DNA of 64,000 bases from an uncultured bacterium (GCA_963705505.1 CAVPJU010000001.1:224001-288000), one strand, 5' to 3'; shown: positions 1 to 13,919, counted from the first letter of the stretch. Numbers and translations: made by a program. Notes: a model not told the origin generated them from the sequence alone.

Positions 1-3000
1 AGCCGGAAAATTTCTTAAAGCCCGGCGACTCACTCGGCGGGAAGACCGAGTTCGAGGTACGGACGGACAAATTCAAAATCGTGCAGGCTACTGTCGTGGA
101 AGAGCCCGTCCCGGATAAGAAAAATACAGTCACTCTCGTCGGGACAATCGATTTCAACTACGCCGTCGATCCGGGTGTCGTTGCCAGGAAAATAAGGCTC
201 ATCGAAGTCCCTTCCGCAAAGGGGGGAGAGGAATTGTCTATCCCCGTAAAGCTCATCACCGACTACTGGAATACGACGATCAAGTGGAGCAGTGACCCGA
301 TTGAAAAGATGGCTCAGGAAAGGGAGTTTAAGCTCGTAATAGTCGGAGACCTCACTCCTGCCGAAGGCAATGTGGAGCTCGGCAGCGATTACGTCGAAAA
401 GATATTACTCGGGTCAAAGGACAAGCTTGCCGTCAGGAGTGTGGAGCCCAAATCCGAATACCCCAAGTCCTCGATCGAAATGGGGTTTTCCTCTTCTGTG
501 AGCCCCGACATAGCGGCCGAATATATATCGGTCGACCCCAAGGTGAATTACACGGTTAAAAGGGTGCAGAACGATCTGATCCTCACGGGGGATTTCGTTC
601 CCGGAAGCAAGTATCAGCTCTCGATAGCCAAGGGGCTTCCCGCGCTCGATGACGCCGTGCTGAGGGAGGAATACAAGAAAGAGATCCAGTTTGCTGATTT
701 AGCTCCGAAAATAGAATTCGAGAGCCCGGGGATGTTCCTCGATGCAAAGGGCACTCAGGCAGTGGTGCTCAAATCCATAAATTTAGACAGTATCGACCTT
801 ACGGTTGACCGCGTATACCTCAACAACCTCTTTTTTCTCTTTCAGTCCTACGGATACTCGGTCTGGAGGGACGAGTTCTACCAGGGCACGGTCGGTGATT
901 ATCTGGGCGGCCGTATGGCGGAGGAGCTCGACTTTAAGATTGCGAACAAGCTCAACCAGCAGGTATCCACTGTGCTCAATCTTCAAAAGTACATCCCTCA
1001 GAACGAGCCCGGACTTTATCAGGTCGGGATACTGCCCAAGGGTGAGTATCAGGGGGTGCAGAAATGGGTGCTCATCACGGATATAGGGATCGTTGCCAAG
1101 AAGGGCAAAGACGATTTCCTAGTGTGGACTTCTTCGTTCTCGAACCTCGGGCCCGTAACGGGCGCGGACGTGAGGGTCATCAGCGACCAGAACCAGCTGA
1201 TCGCAAGGGGAAAGACCGATGCGAAGGGTATTTTCAGGGCGGCGGGGTTATCTGACAAATTCCTCAGCAACAAGCCTTATATGGTTACCGTGGAGAAGGG
1301 CGGGGATTTCAGCTTCCTTATCCTCGACAACATGGCGATAGACACGTCGGGACTCGATGTCGGGGGAGCGGTTCCGTCGACACAGGGATACACCGCATAC
1401 GTTTACGGCGAGAGGGACATATACCGCCCCGGCGAGACTGTCGAGGGTGTCGCGGTGGTCAGGGACTCCAACCTGAATACGCCTTCCCCGATGCCCGTCG
1501 TACTCAAGCAGAAAGACGCGAGAGGACGCGTCGTCAAAACGATAAAGGAAACGATAAACGAAGAAGGTCTCGTGTCTTTCTCGATCCCGATACCCGAGTT
1601 TGCCCCAACGGGGAACAATACGCTCGAAGTGCTCGCGGGAGATGAGCTTATCGGACAGTACCTCTTCCAGGTCGAGGAGTTCATCCCCGACCGTATCAGG
1701 GTGAAGATCGAGACAGCGGAGGACAACGTCCCGTTAGGAAAAGAGCTGGCATACGAAGTAAGGGGTGCATATCTCTTCGGCCCTCCCGCTTCAGGCCTCT
1801 CCGTTCAGACCCTCGTTGACCTCGTCGAGCGTCCGTTCCTTCCCGAGGGTTACAAGGGTTACGTCTTCACGAACCCCGACAGGAAGTATGACGCGAAGGA
1901 GATATTCAGGTCTGAGGGGAATCTCGATGCGGACGGTGTCAAGAAATTCACTGTCAATATACCGGAAGGGCTGAGACCGGCTTCGTCTCTTCAGGCCCAG
2001 GTCACCGCGCGCGTCCAGGAAGCCGGCGGACGCGGTGTGAACGCGCTCAGGAAGATCAACGTCGATCCCTATCCTTATTATCTCGGGCTAAAGCGGAAGA
2101 CACCGGATCAATATGCGGAGCCCGGCAAGGAAATAGAATTCGAATACGTCGCGCTGGCGCCTAAAGGCGAGGGTACGGAAGAGGTAAAAACCGGCGGGTT
2201 GAAGGCCGAGTTTTATAAGGACGTATGGAATACCGTTTTAAGGAGAACTTCTACAGGAAATTATAAATACGAATCGAAGCGCGATTCGGTCCTCATCAAT
2301 TCCATGACAATTGACAGCGGGGCTCCGAAGGGGAGCTTCGTCTTTACCGCACCCGAATTCGGGAGCTACAGGGTCGTGCTCACAGACCCGAAAGGAGGCG
2401 CCTCCACACAGGTCCAGTTCTACGCGAGCGGATGGGGGTTTTCACCGTGGGCGGTCGAGAACCCGGCCCGTATAGACCTAGACCTCGAAAAAAAGGAATA
2501 CATGCCCGGGGAAACCGCGAAGGTTCAGGTGCGCGCCCCCTTCTCGGGCAAACTCCTCATAACAGTCGAGAGGGACGGTGTTTATTACACGGAGACCCAT
2601 AGCCTCGACGGGAACACCGCCACGATCGAGGTGCCCGTGAGCGAGAAATACCGGCCGAACGCCTATATCACGGCTACATTGGTAAGGGGTGTCAAGGAGC
2701 TCGAGCCCGGCTCCGCAGGAAGGGCATTCGGTGCTATTCCGATAAACGTGGACAGGACTGCGAACGATATAGACGTCGAAATTACGGCGCCCGAGGAGAT
2801 AAGGCCCCTAACCCCGCTCGAAATCGGGGTCAAGACACTCCCGGGTGCGACAGTCACTATCGCAGCGGTCGATGAAGGCATATTACAGCTCATTGACCAG
2901 AAGACTCCTGACCCTTTCACATTTTTCTACAGAAAGCTCGCGCTCGAAGTGACGGCGTACGACACGTTCTCGCTCCTCCTCCCGGACGTATCACTCGGGT

Positions 3001-5138
3001 TATCGCCTCCCGGCGGCGGTTTCGGCGCTAAAAAGGAGATGCAGTTCCTGAGCACCCAGGGCATAAGGAGGGTAAAGCCGGTCGCTTTCTGGTCGGGCGT
3101 GTTGAAGACCGACGCTCAAGGAAAGGCGACGTTCAAGCTCGACATGCCGCAGTTTCAGGGAGCTGTCCGCATCATGGCGGTAGCAGTCAGGGGAGAGGAA
3201 TTCGGCTCCTCGGAAAAATTTACGCGGGTGAAATCACCCATTGTAATCCTGCCTACCGTCCCGAGGTTCTTCTCATTAAATGAGAGCGTCGTGATACCGG
3301 TCTCCGTCAGAAACGATACGAAAAAGGACGGAACAATAACAGTCGATACGGTCATAGAGGGACCCGCATCCGTCAGTGAAATGAAAGGCGGCTCGGACAA
3401 GCAGAAAACTCCGAGTACCGCAAAGGAAGCTAAAATGGAGGTCGAGATTCCGAACGGCGGAGAGAAAACGGTTTACTTCGTTATAGATACAGTCGACGAG
3501 ACGGGTGCGCTCGCAATCAAAACCACCGCGTCCGGAAATGGAGAATCCACGAGCTCTGATATCGACGTATCCATACTCCCCGATCTGCCCATTAGGAGGG
3601 AGGAGAAGTTGGGCAGCTTAAAAACAGCGGACACAGAGCTGCCCATAGAGAATGTCGACTCCTACCGTACGGGGACCATAAAGAGGGATCTCTATATAAG
3701 CAAGATTCCGCTCATTCAGTTCTCAGGCAAGCTCGAATACCTGCTCCAGTACCCGTACGGATGCCTGGAGCAGGTGACTTCCCGCGTTTTCCCTCTGATA
3801 TATCTATCGGACATAGCCAAGCAAGTCGACCCGGATGTGTTTAAGAAGGCCGACCCCGCAGCCATGGTGCAGGAGGGGATAAGACAGATGGGCACTATGC
3901 AGGTGGAGGGGGGTGGTTTTTCCCTTTGGCCGGGCGGCGTGGATGCTGAGCCGTGGGCGAGCATATACGCTGCGCATTTCCTCGTCGAGGCACGCAAAGC
4001 CGGCTACTTCGTCGACGATTCCCTTTACTCGGGGGCGATCGAGTATGTGAGGAATATCGTGAAGGCAAAGCCCGATTACAGCACCGGGGAGCTCGAGCGC
4101 GCGGTTTATGGGCTCTATGTCCTGAGCCGCGACGGGAAACCCGATTTGAGCACTATGGATTTCATAAGGGACCGTCATAAGGACGAGCTGACCGTGGAAT
4201 CGAGAGCGCTCCTCGGCGGGGCGTACGCCGCCTCAGGCAATGCGGCGGCGCTCGAGGAGCTTCTCAAGGGTCTTAACGACGTTGAAGAAGTCGCAAGGCA
4301 GACGGGCGGGAACTTTAACTCCACGATCAGGAACCGCGCTATACTCCTTCTCGCTATACTGGATGTGAACCCTGATGACCCGAGGGTCCCTGCCCTGGTA
4401 GAGCGGCTTTCGAGGGACGCCGAGCTCAACGAATGGTGGACGACCCAGGAGAGCTCTTTCGCGCTCCTAGCTATAGGACAGTTCGTCAAGAGGCAGAGCG
4501 AGGCCCCGCCCTACACGGGAAAGGTCTATGTAGGGGACGAAGAGAAGGCGACGTTCAGCAGCGAAGAGACACTTAGCCTCACGGACATCGCGGGCGATAA
4601 GCCGATCAGGATCAAGATGGACGAGGGATACAAGGAAGGGAGCGCCTTTTATTCCACGCTCACAAGCGGTTTCCCGACGCGTAAAGGGTTTCAGCCCGCT
4701 CAGGACGGTCTCCTCGTGCAGAGGGAATTCCTGACGAGGGACGGCGCTCCTGTCGATCCGGCCAACATAGTTCAGGGCGACCTGATCGTGGTCAGGACCA
4801 AGATGCAGAGCTCATCGGGCCCTCTTCAAAACGTCGTAATCGAAAATCTCCTGCCATCTGGGTTCGAGGTCGAAAACCCGAGGTTAAAGACGACCGAGAC
4901 GCTCTCATGGGCGACGGGGGATAGTGTCGAGCCCGCATACATGGACATACGCGACGACCGTATATTGATATTCACTGACCTTCCGGACGCCAAGTGGTAT
5001 AACTACTACGCGCTTCTTCGGGTCGTCAATCCGGGGACGTTTACGGTACCGCCCGTTCAGGCGGAGGCCATGTACTCGCCCAATGTAAGATTCACCGGGA
5101 AGCTAGAGGACCCGCTCGTCGTTAAATTGAGGCAATAA
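1..5138 (+). CDS. Bacterial alpha-2-macroglobulin (YfhM-like), 5'-truncated by the window edge
   Basis: Thioester motif YPYGCLEQ, MG-domain motifs (RDIYRPGE, VEEFIP, AAVDEGIL, GFSLW); frame is open back to the window start; followed by pbpC as is typical. Confidence 0.95.
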   Translation, partial: PENFLKPGDSLGGKTEFEVRTDKFKIVQATVVEEPVPDKKNTVTLVGTIDFNYAVDPGVVARKIRLIEVPSAKGGEELSIPVKLITDYWNTTIKWSSDPIEKMAQEREFKLVIVGDLTPAEGNVELGSDYVEKILLGSKDKLAVRSVEPKSEYPKSSIEMGFSSSVSPDIAAEYISVDPKVNYTVKRVQNDLILTGDFVPGSKYQLSIAKGLPALDDAVLREEYKKEIQFADLAPKIEFESPGMFLDAKGTQAVVLKSINLDSIDLTVDRVYLNNLFFLFQSYGYSVWRDEFYQGTVGDYLGGRMAEELDFKIANKLNQQVSTVLNLQKYIPQNEPGLYQVGILPKGEYQGVQKWVLITDIGIVAKKGKDDFLVWTSSFSNLGPVTGADVRVISDQNQLIARGKTDAKGIFRAAGLSDKFLSNKPYMVTVEKGGDFSFLILDNMAIDTSGLDVGGAVPSTQGYTAYVYGERDIYRPGETVEGVAVVRDSNLNTPSPMPVVLKQKDARGRVVKTIKETINEEGLVSFSIPIPEFAPTGNNTLEVLAGDELIGQYLFQVEEFIPDRIRVKIETAEDNVPLGKELAYEVRGAYLFGPPASGLSVQTLVDLVERPFLPEGYKGYVFTNPDRKYDAKEIFRSEGNLDADGVKKFTVNIPEGLRPASSLQAQVTARVQEAGGRGVNALRKINVDPYPYYLGLKRKTPDQYAEPGKEIEFEYVALAPKGEGTEEVKTGGLKAEFYKDVWNTVLRRTSTGNYKYESKRDSVLINSMTIDSGAPKGSFVFTAPEFGSYRVVLTDPKGGASTQVQFYASGWGFSPWAVENPARIDLDLEKKEYMPGETAKVQVRAPFSGKLLITVERDGVYYTETHSLDGNTATIEVPVSEKYRPNAYITATLVRGVKELEPGSAGRAFGAIPINVDRTANDIDVEITAPEEIRPLTPLEIGVKTLPGATVTIAAVDEGILQLIDQKTPDPFTFFYRKLALEVTAYDTFSLLLPDVSLGLSPPGGGFGAKKEMQFLSTQGIRRVKPVAFWSGVLKTDAQGKATFKLDMPQFQGAVRIMAVAVRGEEFGSSEKFTRVKSPIVILPTVPRFFSLNESVVIPVSVRNDTKKDGTITVDTVIEGPASVSEMKGGSDKQKTPSTAKEAKMEVEIPNGGEKTVYFVIDTVDETGALAIKTTASGNGESTSSDIDVSILPDLPIRREEKLGSLKTADTELPIENVDSYRTGTIKRDLYISKIPLIQFSGKLEYLLQYPYGCLEQVTSRVFPLIYLSDIAKQVDPDVFKKADPAAMVQEGIRQMGTMQVEGGGFSLWPGGVDAEPWASIYAAHFLVEARKAGYFVDDSLYSGAIEYVRNIVKAKPDYSTGELERAVYGLYVLSRDGKPDLSTMDFIRDRHKDELTVESRALLGGAYAASGNAAALEELLKGLNDVEEVARQTGGNFNSTIRNRAILLLAILDVNPDDPRVPALVERLSRDAELNEWWTTQESSFALLAIGQFVKRQSEAPPYTGKVYVGDEEKATFSSEETLSLTDIAGDKPIRIKMDEGYKEGSAFYSTLTSGFPTRKGFQPAQDGLLVQREFLTRDGAPVDPANIVQGDLIVVRTKMQSSSGPLQNVVIENLLPSGFEVENPRLKTTETLSWATGDSVEPAYMDIRDDRILIFTDLPDAKWYNYYALLRVVNPGTFTVPPVQAEAMYSPNVRFTGKLEDPLVVKLRQ

Positions 5139-5170
5139 ACAGGTCTCTCTTCATAGTAACAGAGGCGTAC

Positions 5171-7565
5171 ATGGAGCTGCTTAGAAAAATACCGGGAATT
5201 TTCACACCATTTAAAAAGACGGCGGCGGTATTTATTCTCGCATCGGTTACATTCGTTCTAAATGTATTCCTGCTTTTTTTCGTACTGGATTATCTATTCC
5301 CGTTCCCCGTCGAATCGCTTAAGAGAGACCCGACTGCGGTAATCACGGACAGAAACGGCAGGCCCCTGAGATTCTTTCTGCCCGAGGACAAGCGCTGGCG
5401 CTTCCCCGTGAAGCTCGCGGACGTTTCGCCTAAGCTCGTGGAAGCTGTCATTGCGTCCGAAGACAGGTGGTTTCACATTCATCCGGGGGTGAACCCGTTC
5501 GCTCTGGCGAGGGCTTTTTACACTAATATAAAAGAGGGCAGGGTCGTCTCGGGCGCATCCACCATACCGATGCAGATTGCGCGCATGTCGGAGCCTAAAT
5601 CGAGGACAATATTTTCCAAAGCGGTCGAGGCGTTCCGCGCCCTGCAGTTAAAGCGCATGTTCGATGACGACGAGCTTCTCGAAATCTATCTCAACATAGC
5701 CCCCTACGGCGGCAATATCGAAGGGGTGGGGGCCGCGTCCTATTTTTACTTCGGCAAAAGCCCGCGGGCGCTCACACCTGGGGAGATAGCATTACTCACC
5801 GCGCTTCCCCGTTCGCCCGCCGCATATGATCCGACACGCAACCCTAAAGCGTCTAAGGGCGAAAGGGATAAGGTTTTACGCCAGCTTGCCGGGAGAGGGG
5901 TTTTTACTGCCGGCGACGCAAAGGCCGGAACGGAAGAACCAGTCCCGCGGAGCAGGAAGCCCCAGCCCTTCGTCGCGCCGCATTTTTCTGAATTCGTATA
6001 TCACGACATCTCGGAAGGCGGCAGCTTGAAAACCACGCTCGATACCTCCATTCAGAAGGTCGCGGAAGAGGTCGCGAGAAGACACATAGGGTTATTGAAG
6101 AACGACGGTATAGACAACCTGGCGATCGTCGTTATTGAGAACGGCACGAGAAAGCTGAGGGCGATGGTGGGCTCCGCCGATTATTTCGACAAAGCGCATT
6201 CCGGGCAGGTCAATTATGCCCTCGCGAGACGCTCCCCCGGCTCCGCATTGAAACCGTTTCTCTATGCGATGGCTTTAGACGAGGGGATCGTGATACCCGA
6301 GACGTACGTGCTCGACATACCGACCGACTTCTCAGGCTACGTCGCAGAGAATTACGACAGCAAATACAGGGGCAGGATCACGCTCGAGAACGCCCTGATA
6401 CTATCGCTTAACGCCCCCGCCGTGAGGCTCCTATCGCAGGTGGGTCTCAAGGACTTTCACAACCTCCTGTTAAAAGGCGGGCTTTCCACTCTCGACAGGC
6501 CGTCCGAGAAATACGGGCTCCCCCTCATACTCGGGGCAGGAGAGGTGAGGCTCCTTGACCTCGTCAACCTTTATACGACGCTCGCAAATGGAGGGGAGCA
6601 CGGTCAGGTGAACGTTTCGGAAGACAGAGGGCAGGATAAGGCCGATACGAGGCTCTTGTCGCGTGAGGCTTCTTATCTCATTACTGAAATACTTACGGGG
6701 CTCAAGCGCCCCGATATGCCCGCAAACACATGGGCACTTACCGAAGACGTCCCCGAAGTAGCCTGGAAGACGGGCACGTCCTACGGCCACAGGGACGCCT
6801 GGTCTCTCGGATACTCGAGCAAATACACGATAGGCGTCTGGGTGGGTAACCCGGACGGGAGAGGGCAGAAAGGCATCTCGGGCTCCGAGCACGCCGCGCC
6901 CATTCTCTTCGACCTGTTCCGCGGTATCGAGGGAGACGGAGCGAGGATCGTGAGGCCCGAAGGGCTCAACCTGGGCACGATCGAGGTATGCAGGGAGAGC
7001 CATCTGCTGCCCACGCCCTACTGCGGTGAAAGGGACAAGGTCACGTATATAAAAGGCGTGTCCCGGATACCCAGGGACAATTATTCGAGAAGGATCTTCG
7101 TCGATTCCGAAACGGGTGATTTGCTCCTCGGCGACTGTATCGGAGAGCGCCCCCACGAACCGCGCGTTATCACCACTTATCCGCCCGAGCTCGTCGCCTG
7201 GTGGATGGCGGACGGGAAGCCGGTTGACGGTGTCCCGCCGCTCAGTCCTTATTGTAATGACGTGTCTTCGGAGCGCCCGCCCAGAATTTTGTCTCCCGAT
7301 AAAGCGACCCCTTACCGTGTCTTAAAGGGCATGCCCTGCCGAATATCAGAGGGTCGAGCTCATCGCCGGGGTAAGCGAAGAAGTGGATATGCTTTACTGG
7401 TACCAGGACGGGAAGCTCGTGACCACGACGCGGCCTTATAAGAAAACATTTATCCCCCTCGAGGCTGGGACTCATCATCTGGCAGTCGTTGATTCTTCCG
7501 GACGGTCGGACAGTATCACGTACAAGGTCGAAAGCAGGGACAAGGTCGAAGTCGTAGTGAGATAA
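5171..7565 (+). CDS. pbpC: Penicillin-binding protein 1C (transglycosylase/transpeptidase) with an apparent single-base insertion near 7334-7337
   Basis: EDRWF and GASTIPMQ glycosyltransferase motifs, SxxK (GSALKP), SLN, KTGT; the C-terminal domain (LYWYQDG...G.HHLAVVD) continues in another frame (ORF 7383-7565). Confidence 0.9.
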
Positions 7566-7585
7566 GAGCCTCGTATGGGGGGAAT

Positions 7586-8431
7586 TTGAGAAAACCGGTC
7601 GGAAAGGGATTATGTTTTCAGATATTTTGCATATGCGCATGTCTCTTTTTATTTTTGAGTTTCGTTAAGGATTCGCATCCCGCGGAAAATAATCCCGGTT
7701 TGAAATTTCTCGTGTCGGGCAAGGTCGTCAAGGAAATAACTCTTGAGGGCCTCGAGTCCAAGCTAAAAACATACCGTATCGAGCTTTATGATACGGAGTA
7801 CAAGAAGGTAAAGAGGTACGAGGGGTTCAAGGTCGAAGACGTGCTCAGGCTCGGCTTAGGAGATAAATTAGACAGCCCCGATTTCACGGATATAGCGTTC
7901 ACCGCGCTTGACGGTTATGAGAGCGTGTCGTCTCTTCCGAAGATGAAGGAGGCGGGAGGGTATATAGTATTCGCCGATCTCGGTTCCGATGACTGGGAGC
8001 CCGTCGGCAGGATGGGGGCGAATCCCGGCCCTTTCTATCTCGTCTGGACGGGGAAAGAGCAGACTCCCGAAAAAGAATACCCCTGGCCCTGGCAGATAGC
8101 TTCTATAAATATCATGCGCTTTCAGGACCAGTACCCGCTCGTCTATCCGAGAGGGGGGGCGAAGGATTCTCCCGCATATAAAGGATACGAGATATTCAAG
8201 GGCAGGTGCGTGAGGTGTCATTCGATGAATCAGCAGGGCGGGAAGGTGGGTCCCGACCTGAACGCTCCTCAAAGTATCGTGACTTACCGGCCCGAGCAAA
8301 TGATAAAGGAGTTCATCAGTCACCCGTCCGTATACCGCTATACACAGATGCCCGACCATCCGGATTTAACAGATCAGGACCTGGATAATCTGATCGCGTA
8401 CTTCAAGTATATGAATCAACTTAGGAAATAG
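7586..8431 (+). CDS. Exported c-type cytochrome with an N-terminal molybdopterin-oxidoreductase-like domain
   Basis: N-terminal hydrophobic segment; ALDGY, GPFYLVW and WPWQ motifs; CVRCH heme-binding motif with distal Met (TQMP). Confidence 0.7.
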   Translation: MRKPVGKGLCFQIFCICACLFLFLSFVKDSHPAENNPGLKFLVSGKVVKEITLEGLESKLKTYRIELYDTEYKKVKRYEGFKVEDVLRLGLGDKLDSPDFTDIAFTALDGYESVSSLPKMKEAGGYIVFADLGSDDWEPVGRMGANPGPFYLVWTGKEQTPEKEYPWPWQIASINIMRFQDQYPLVYPRGGAKDSPAYKGYEIFKGRCVRCHSMNQQGGKVGPDLNAPQSIVTYRPEQMIKEFISHPSVYRYTQMPDHPDLTDQDLDNLIAYFKYMNQLRK

Positions 8432-8434
8432 AAG

Positions 8435-9802
8435 TCAACGCTTTTCGACCATCATCTTCATCCCGTATTTGGGGCGGATTGTGATTAGAGGGTCTGGCTC
8501 GACCTTGTGATTCGGAGCGAGGCGCATCTTCCATCGGGAGGCTATGGCGGCGATGAGCAGCACACCCTCCATCCAGGCGAACGGCTCACCGATACAGCGC
8601 CTCGGTCCCCCGCCGAAAGGGAAATAGGCGAATTTGGGCAGGGACGAATCGTCCTCCGCGCCCCACCTGTCGGGGTCGTATTTAAGCGGGTCGGGATAAA
8701 AGCGCGGGTCGCGGTGCATGACGTACTGGCTCATGAAAATATCCGTCCCCGAGGGAACTGTGTAACCCCCGACCTGATAATCGTTTATTACGCGCCGCGC
8801 GAGTGTCCACGCCGCCGGATAGAGCCTGAGCGTTTCCTTGAAGACATTATGCGTGTATGGGAGCCTGCCGAGGTCGTCAACCGACGGCGGGCGTCCGCCC
8901 AGGACCGTATCTATCTCCTCGTGCAGCTTCTTTTCCGCTTCAGGGTTCTGAGATAACAGGTACCATGTCCAAGTGAGTGTGTTGGCCATCGTTTCCTGCC
9001 CGGCGAGGAAGAGAGTAATTGCCTCGTCCCTCACCTGGCGGTCGCTCATACCCTTGCCGTCCCCTTCTTCGTCCTGGGCTTCGAGAAGCATCGTAAGCAG
9101 GTCGTCTTTGGCTCCCATGTCGGACCGTCTTTCTTCTATGAGTCTGTAGATGATGGTGTCGAGGCGTTTTATTGCTTCAATACCCCTTTTGTTTCCGGGG
9201 AGGGGCAGATAGTCGAGGATTTCCGAGAATGGAAAAACAAACCGGGTGAACAGGCCCACAAGGTCGGCCAGGGATTTTACGATCTCGTCTGATTCCGATT
9301 CCACGTCCGCGTCGAAGATCGTTTTGCTCACGACCGCGAGCGTGAGCTTAGTCATTTCCGTGTGTATATCGACTGTTTCTCCGCTCTGCCAGTCCCGGCC
9401 CGCGCGTGAGCCGTAGTCCGCCATCACATGACCGTATGTTTTAATCCTCTTGTGATGGAACACTGGCTGAATGATTCTTCTCTGTCTCAGGTGCGACTCC
9501 CCTTCGTTCGTGAGGAGCCCCTCTCCGAGTACGATCCTCGCGCGGTCGAGCGCGCGGCTCTTCGTGAAATTGCGGTTATGCGTCACGAGGACGTCTTTTA
9601 TGTGGTCGGGGTTATTTAAGAGGTAAACCCTCCGCGAGCCTACAGTGTAATAGACTATGTCCCCGTACTCCCGAGAGATTCTTGTGAGGAACCCGAGGGG
9701 GTCTCTGAAGTAGTCGATAAGCGAGCCGATATACGGCAGCCCTTTCGGTCCCGGGGGCAGCAATGGTCTCTTAATCCGGTACTCTTTATTCACGGCTTCC
9801 AT
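8435..9802 (-). CDS. Cytochrome P450
   Basis: PPGP start, I-helix AGQET, ExxR (ETLR), heme motif FGGGPRRCIG; ATG at 9802 preferred. Confidence 0.95.
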   Translation of the reverse strand: MEAVNKEYRIKRPLLPPGPKGLPYIGSLIDYFRDPLGFLTRISREYGDIVYYTVGSRRVYLLNNPDHIKDVLVTHNRNFTKSRALDRARIVLGEGLLTNEGESHLRQRRIIQPVFHHKRIKTYGHVMADYGSRAGRDWQSGETVDIHTEMTKLTLAVVSKTIFDADVESESDEIVKSLADLVGLFTRFVFPFSEILDYLPLPGNKRGIEAIKRLDTIIYRLIEERRSDMGAKDDLLTMLLEAQDEEGDGKGMSDRQVRDEAITLFLAGQETMANTLTWTWYLLSQNPEAEKKLHEEIDTVLGGRPPSVDDLGRLPYTHNVFKETLRLYPAAWTLARRVINDYQVGGYTVPSGTDIFMSQYVMHRDPRFYPDPLKYDPDRWGAEDDSSLPKFAYFPFGGGPRRCIGEPFAWMEGVLLIAAIASRWKMRLAPNHKVEPDPLITIRPKYGMKMMVEKR

Positions 9803-9947
9803 ACTTGAATCAAGAATATGGAATCGCGTATGGGGTGTCAACAATGTCAGGGGTTAGAATCTCGAAAATGAGAAGTAATTATAGAACTCTATTGTCTTGT
9901 AATCAATCTGCTATCTAGTGTAAATTAGTCAGGAAGAGGAGACGGTT

Positions 9948-10415
9948 ATGGAAGACATACAGACTCTGCGACGGATATTGATGGAAAATAAAACCATAGC
10001 GGTCGTGGGACTATCGGACAAATGGCACCGGCCGAGCTACTTCGCGGCGAAATACCTTCAGGACCACGGCTACAGGATAATCCCGGTGAACCCCGGGCAT
10101 AAAGAGATTTTAGGTGAGAAATGTTACGCAAGTCTCCTGGATATCCCGGAAAAAGTGGATGTCGTCGATATATTCAGGAAGTCGGAGGACGTCCCGCCGA
10201 TAGTCGAGGACGCGATTAAGATAGGGGCGAAGGTCGTATGGATGCAGCTCGGAATCATAAACGAAGAGGCGGCGAAGCGAGCGAGGGAAGCGGGACTCGA
10301 GGTCGTCATGAACAGGTGCATGAAGATAGAGCACGGGCGGCTTTTCGGAGGGATTAATTTTCTTGGCGTGAACAGGGGGCTTATTTCTTCAAAGAGATCA
10401 AAGTGGGTGCCCTAA
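9948..10415 (+). CDS. CoA-binding protein (YccU family)
   Basis: IAVVGLS...RPS, GYRIIPVNP, VDVVDIFR, VWMQLG, RCMKIEH motifs. Confidence 0.9.
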   Translation: MEDIQTLRRILMENKTIAVVGLSDKWHRPSYFAAKYLQDHGYRIIPVNPGHKEILGEKCYASLLDIPEKVDVVDIFRKSEDVPPIVEDAIKIGAKVVWMQLGIINEEAAKRAREAGLEVVMNRCMKIEHGRLFGGINFLGVNRGLISSKRSKWVP

Positions 10416-10422
10416 AAGATCA

Positions 10423-12972
<2,550 letters not shown>

Positions 12973-13028
12973 TGAGTGGGCATGATTTCTCAACCGGCAC
13001 GCAGGCGGAATAAATTTACGCGGGATAA

Positions 13029-13919
13029 GTGATGAAAATCGGGATCGCGCTAGGAGGGGGAGGGGCAAAAGGGTTTGCGCATATAGGCGTGCTCAGGGCT
13101 CTCGGGGAAGCAGGCATTGATTTCGACGTCGTCGCCGGCACCAGCATAGGCGCGCTCGTAGGCGCGGTATATGCTTCGGGGAAGCTCCCCGAGCTCGAGC
13201 GCATCTCGAGACGGTACGGAGTAAAGGACCTCCCCTTTCTGCTCGGCCCCACCTGGCCCCGGAAGGGTCTTTTCAGCGGGAATTATATAGAGCGCCTGTT
13301 GAACGATATCGTTCATGTGGAAAATATAGAAGATTTAGGGAAACCCTTCGCTGCGCTCGCGGTCGACCTGAATAAAGCTGAGGTTGTTACTTTTACGCGC
13401 GGGAATCTTTACAGAGCCGTACACGCCAGCATGTCTATTCCGGGTTTGTTCAAGCCCGTGATAGACGGGGATAAGATACTCGTAGACGGCGGTGTCCTGG
13501 AGCCGGTACCGGTGAACGCTCTCAGGCGTCTCGGCGCCGGCGTTGTCGTGGCGGTCGATCTCCTGAGCAATCTGTCCCCGATGAGCGGCGCGAGGACCAG
13601 GCCGGTGTTCGTTGACTATATCCGCTCCCTGGCCGAGAAGTTCTACATGGAGGATCTGATCGAGGTGAAGGATAGGGAAAGGGAAATCGCCGTATCCCTC
13701 GTCGATATCATACAGAGGAGTTCTATCGTCGCTCAGAGGAGGCTTACTGAATATAATTTCAGGGACAATCCCCCGGACATCGTCATTGACCCTCCGCTCT
13801 CCGATATTAAAGTCCTCGATTTCCATCGGGGCGAATCAATAATCGAGACGGGCAGGCAGGCTGCGGAGAAGGTCATTCCCGAGCTGCGGAGCCTTCTCAC
13901 AAGAACCTGCTCCCGATAA
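13029..13919 (+). CDS. Patatin-like phospholipase (RssA-like)
   Basis: GGGGAKG, GTSIG and DGG motifs. Confidence 0.9.
   Translation: MMKIGIALGGGGAKGFAHIGVLRALGEAGIDFDVVAGTSIGALVGAVYASGKLPELERISRRYGVKDLPFLLGPTWPRKGLFSGNYIERLLNDIVHVENIEDLGKPFAALAVDLNKAEVVTFTRGNLYRAVHASMSIPGLFKPVIDGDKILVDGGVLEPVPVNALRRLGAGVVVAVDLLSNLSPMSGARTRPVFVDYIRSLAEKFYMEDLIEVKDREREIAVSLVDIIQRSSIVAQRRLTEYNFRDNPPDIVIDPPLSDIKVLDFHRGESIIETGRQAAEKVIPELRSLLTRTCSR

Noticed and set aside
13897..13919. Convergent gene overlaps (also 23228-23235)
   Set aside because: Short tail-to-tail overlaps are common in compact genomes
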